Shown piece by piece: positions 62,830-64,000 of a stretch of DNA of 64,000 nt. Under the pieces are notes generated by a model, which was not told where the DNA came from, searched no databases, and saw only the letters and a program-made list of their open reading frames with translations. The position numbers were made by a program, and so were the translations under genes. Origin of the DNA: Calcarisporiella thermophila CBS 279.70 (Eukaryota > Fungi > Calcarisporiellomycota); assembly GCF_041956535.1 (NCBI RefSeq), contig NW_027192223.1, positions 107,879 through 171,878 on the forward strand, in the 5' to 3' direction. How positions within the stretch are numbered: position 1 is the stretch's first letter; each line of letters starts with the position of its first letter.

Positions 62830-64000
62830 TCAAAAGGGATCCTCTTTCCAAGGATCCGTATCCGGTATCTCATCTGCATACCCTATAGGCCCACGAACCC
62901 TTTCTTTTTCTCTATTTTCCGACCATCCGGCTTCGTCCTCCAATCCACCGGCGCTACTGTGTGACGTCACGATTCGATCGGAGAAGAAAGTCTGGCGGAA
63001 GCTATTGGGTGGCAACTTGGAAGGCCAATCGGCCTCATGCGACAACTTCCAGCTGTGGGGGGGAATGGAGGTGGAGGGAATGGAGGTGGAGGGAATGGAG
63101 GCGGACGGAGCACCCGACCAGAATTCGCCGGTACCTACTGTGGATGTAGCCAGTGCTGTAGTGGAGATCGAGTTGGGGGGAGGAGGAGGGACTATAAAGC
63201 TCTGTGGAGATAGCTTCTCCGCCTCCTCCTCATCCCCGCGAGGCTCCACCATGTTGTGAGAGCGATCAGAAGCAAACAAATGAGGCAATTGGCTCGAGGT
63301 GGCCTCCGTTAAATTAGGCTTGGCTGTTAAATTATCCTGAGCATGGAGAACTTTCAGTTCTCCCCTCGGTCCATTCCGCGTCACGAGGTCCACGCATCCT
63401 TCACGAAACGGTGGGTGTTGTGTCCTATGCTCTTCTGCCATCAGTGGCCCCTCTTCTTCTTCAGGTTCCTCGTCTCCTCGTAAAGCTGAGGTCAGCGCTT
63501 TTCCAAGCCACAGCGGTGAGTGTTTACCCTTCCACAGAGTTGAATATTTTGGACCGTGAATATTAAGCCTTCTCCTTGTCGGCGTTTGTAGCAGAGGTTG
63601 GCGGGATGGGTGTCGAGGAGGAGAACAGGGAACCACTGGGAAATTGTAGTCACCAAATACCATCTCTCGACTAAGAGCGTAGTATTCCTCGATGTCGTCT
63701 TCCGGATCCACATCTGGGAATCGCACGCTCTCATCCTCCCATCCAAACGATGGTGAATGGGGCTCATCGGCCCGGTACTGCGACGTTATCGATAACCCGC
63801 CTCGCTTGCCAGGACGATTATAGTATCGTGATGGTGGCCCTACTGGTTCGATCCAGTGTTTTGAAGCGCCCCCATCAGTGTAGCGTAACCCCGCTCTGAT
63901 GCGACTAGTGCGACTGACTCCTTCGGAAGGTAAACCTTCCGCTGGCTCAAAGGTGCGGTAGTTGAAGCGAGATCCTCGCCATGTATCGAGGGTATCTTGT
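62830..64000 (-). CDS. 3' part of an unknown, largely disordered protein (5' end lies outside the window)
   Basis: The frame of ORF 62830..63726 stays open to the window edge. No recognisable domain. Confidence 0.55.
   Translation of the reverse strand, partial: QDTLDTWRGSRFNYRTFEPAEGLPSEGVSRTSRIRAGLRYTDGGASKHWIEPVGPPSRYYNRPGKRGGLSITSQYRADEPHSPSFGWEDESVRFPDVDPEDDIEEYYALSREMVFGDYNFPVVPCSPPRHPSRQPLLQTPTRRRLNIHGPKYSTLWKGKHSPLWLGKALTSALRGDEEPEEEEGPLMAEEHRTQHPPFREGCVDLVTRNGPRGELKVLHAQDNLTAKPNLTEATSSQLPHLFASDRSHNMVEPRGDEEEAEKLSPQSFIVPPPPPNSISTTALATSTVGTGEFWSGAPSASIPSTSIPSTSIPPHSWKLSHEADWPSKLPPNSFRQTFFSDRIVTSHSSAGGLEDEAGWSENREKERVRGPIGYADEIPDTDPWKEDPF
63062..63104. repeat. 15-bp coding tandem repeat, three copies (SIPST)
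   Basis: ggaatggaggtggag repeated. Confidence 0.85.

Noticed and set aside
1-64000. CRISPR arrays, tRNA/rRNA genes, intact transposons, secondary-metabolite cluster around the P450
   Set aside because: No repeat-spacer arrays, cloverleafs, transposase/RT ORFs or backbone synthase genes were visible by eye.

Overview
Gene-dense, intron-rich eukaryotic DNA from a fungus. Short 50-100 nt GT-AG introns and the gene set suggest an early-diverging lineage (Mucoromycota/Zoopagomycota-like); this is inference. About 17 intact or partial protein genes can be reconstructed: ESF1, a SNF2-family ATPase, URB2, a Cid1/CutA-like terminal nucleotidyltransferase, RPA34, a PPR protein, an F-BAR/SH3 protein, a cytochrome P450, a giant DUF3712-repeat protein, mitochondrial rpL2 (RML2), a PiT/Pho89 phosphate symporter directly followed by a Pho8-type alkaline phosphatase, a His-rich S10 carboxypeptidase, POM152, an acid sphingomyelinase, a mucin-like single-pass membrane protein and a partial unknown gene. 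The most accessory-looking part is an AT-rich island (~37.3-41.3 kb). It holds two intronless, bacterial-type GH25 muramidase copies, one intact apart from a single TAA and one decayed, followed by a fragment resembling a protein-primed family-B DNA polymerase. Other notable points are Homol-D-like (CAGTCACA) promoter elements, candidate Pho4-type E-boxes, and three GC-AG introns. No tRNA, rRNA or CRISPR array was seen. I found no clearly supported wholly new system; the best candidates are ranked below. Exon boundaries were read by eye.
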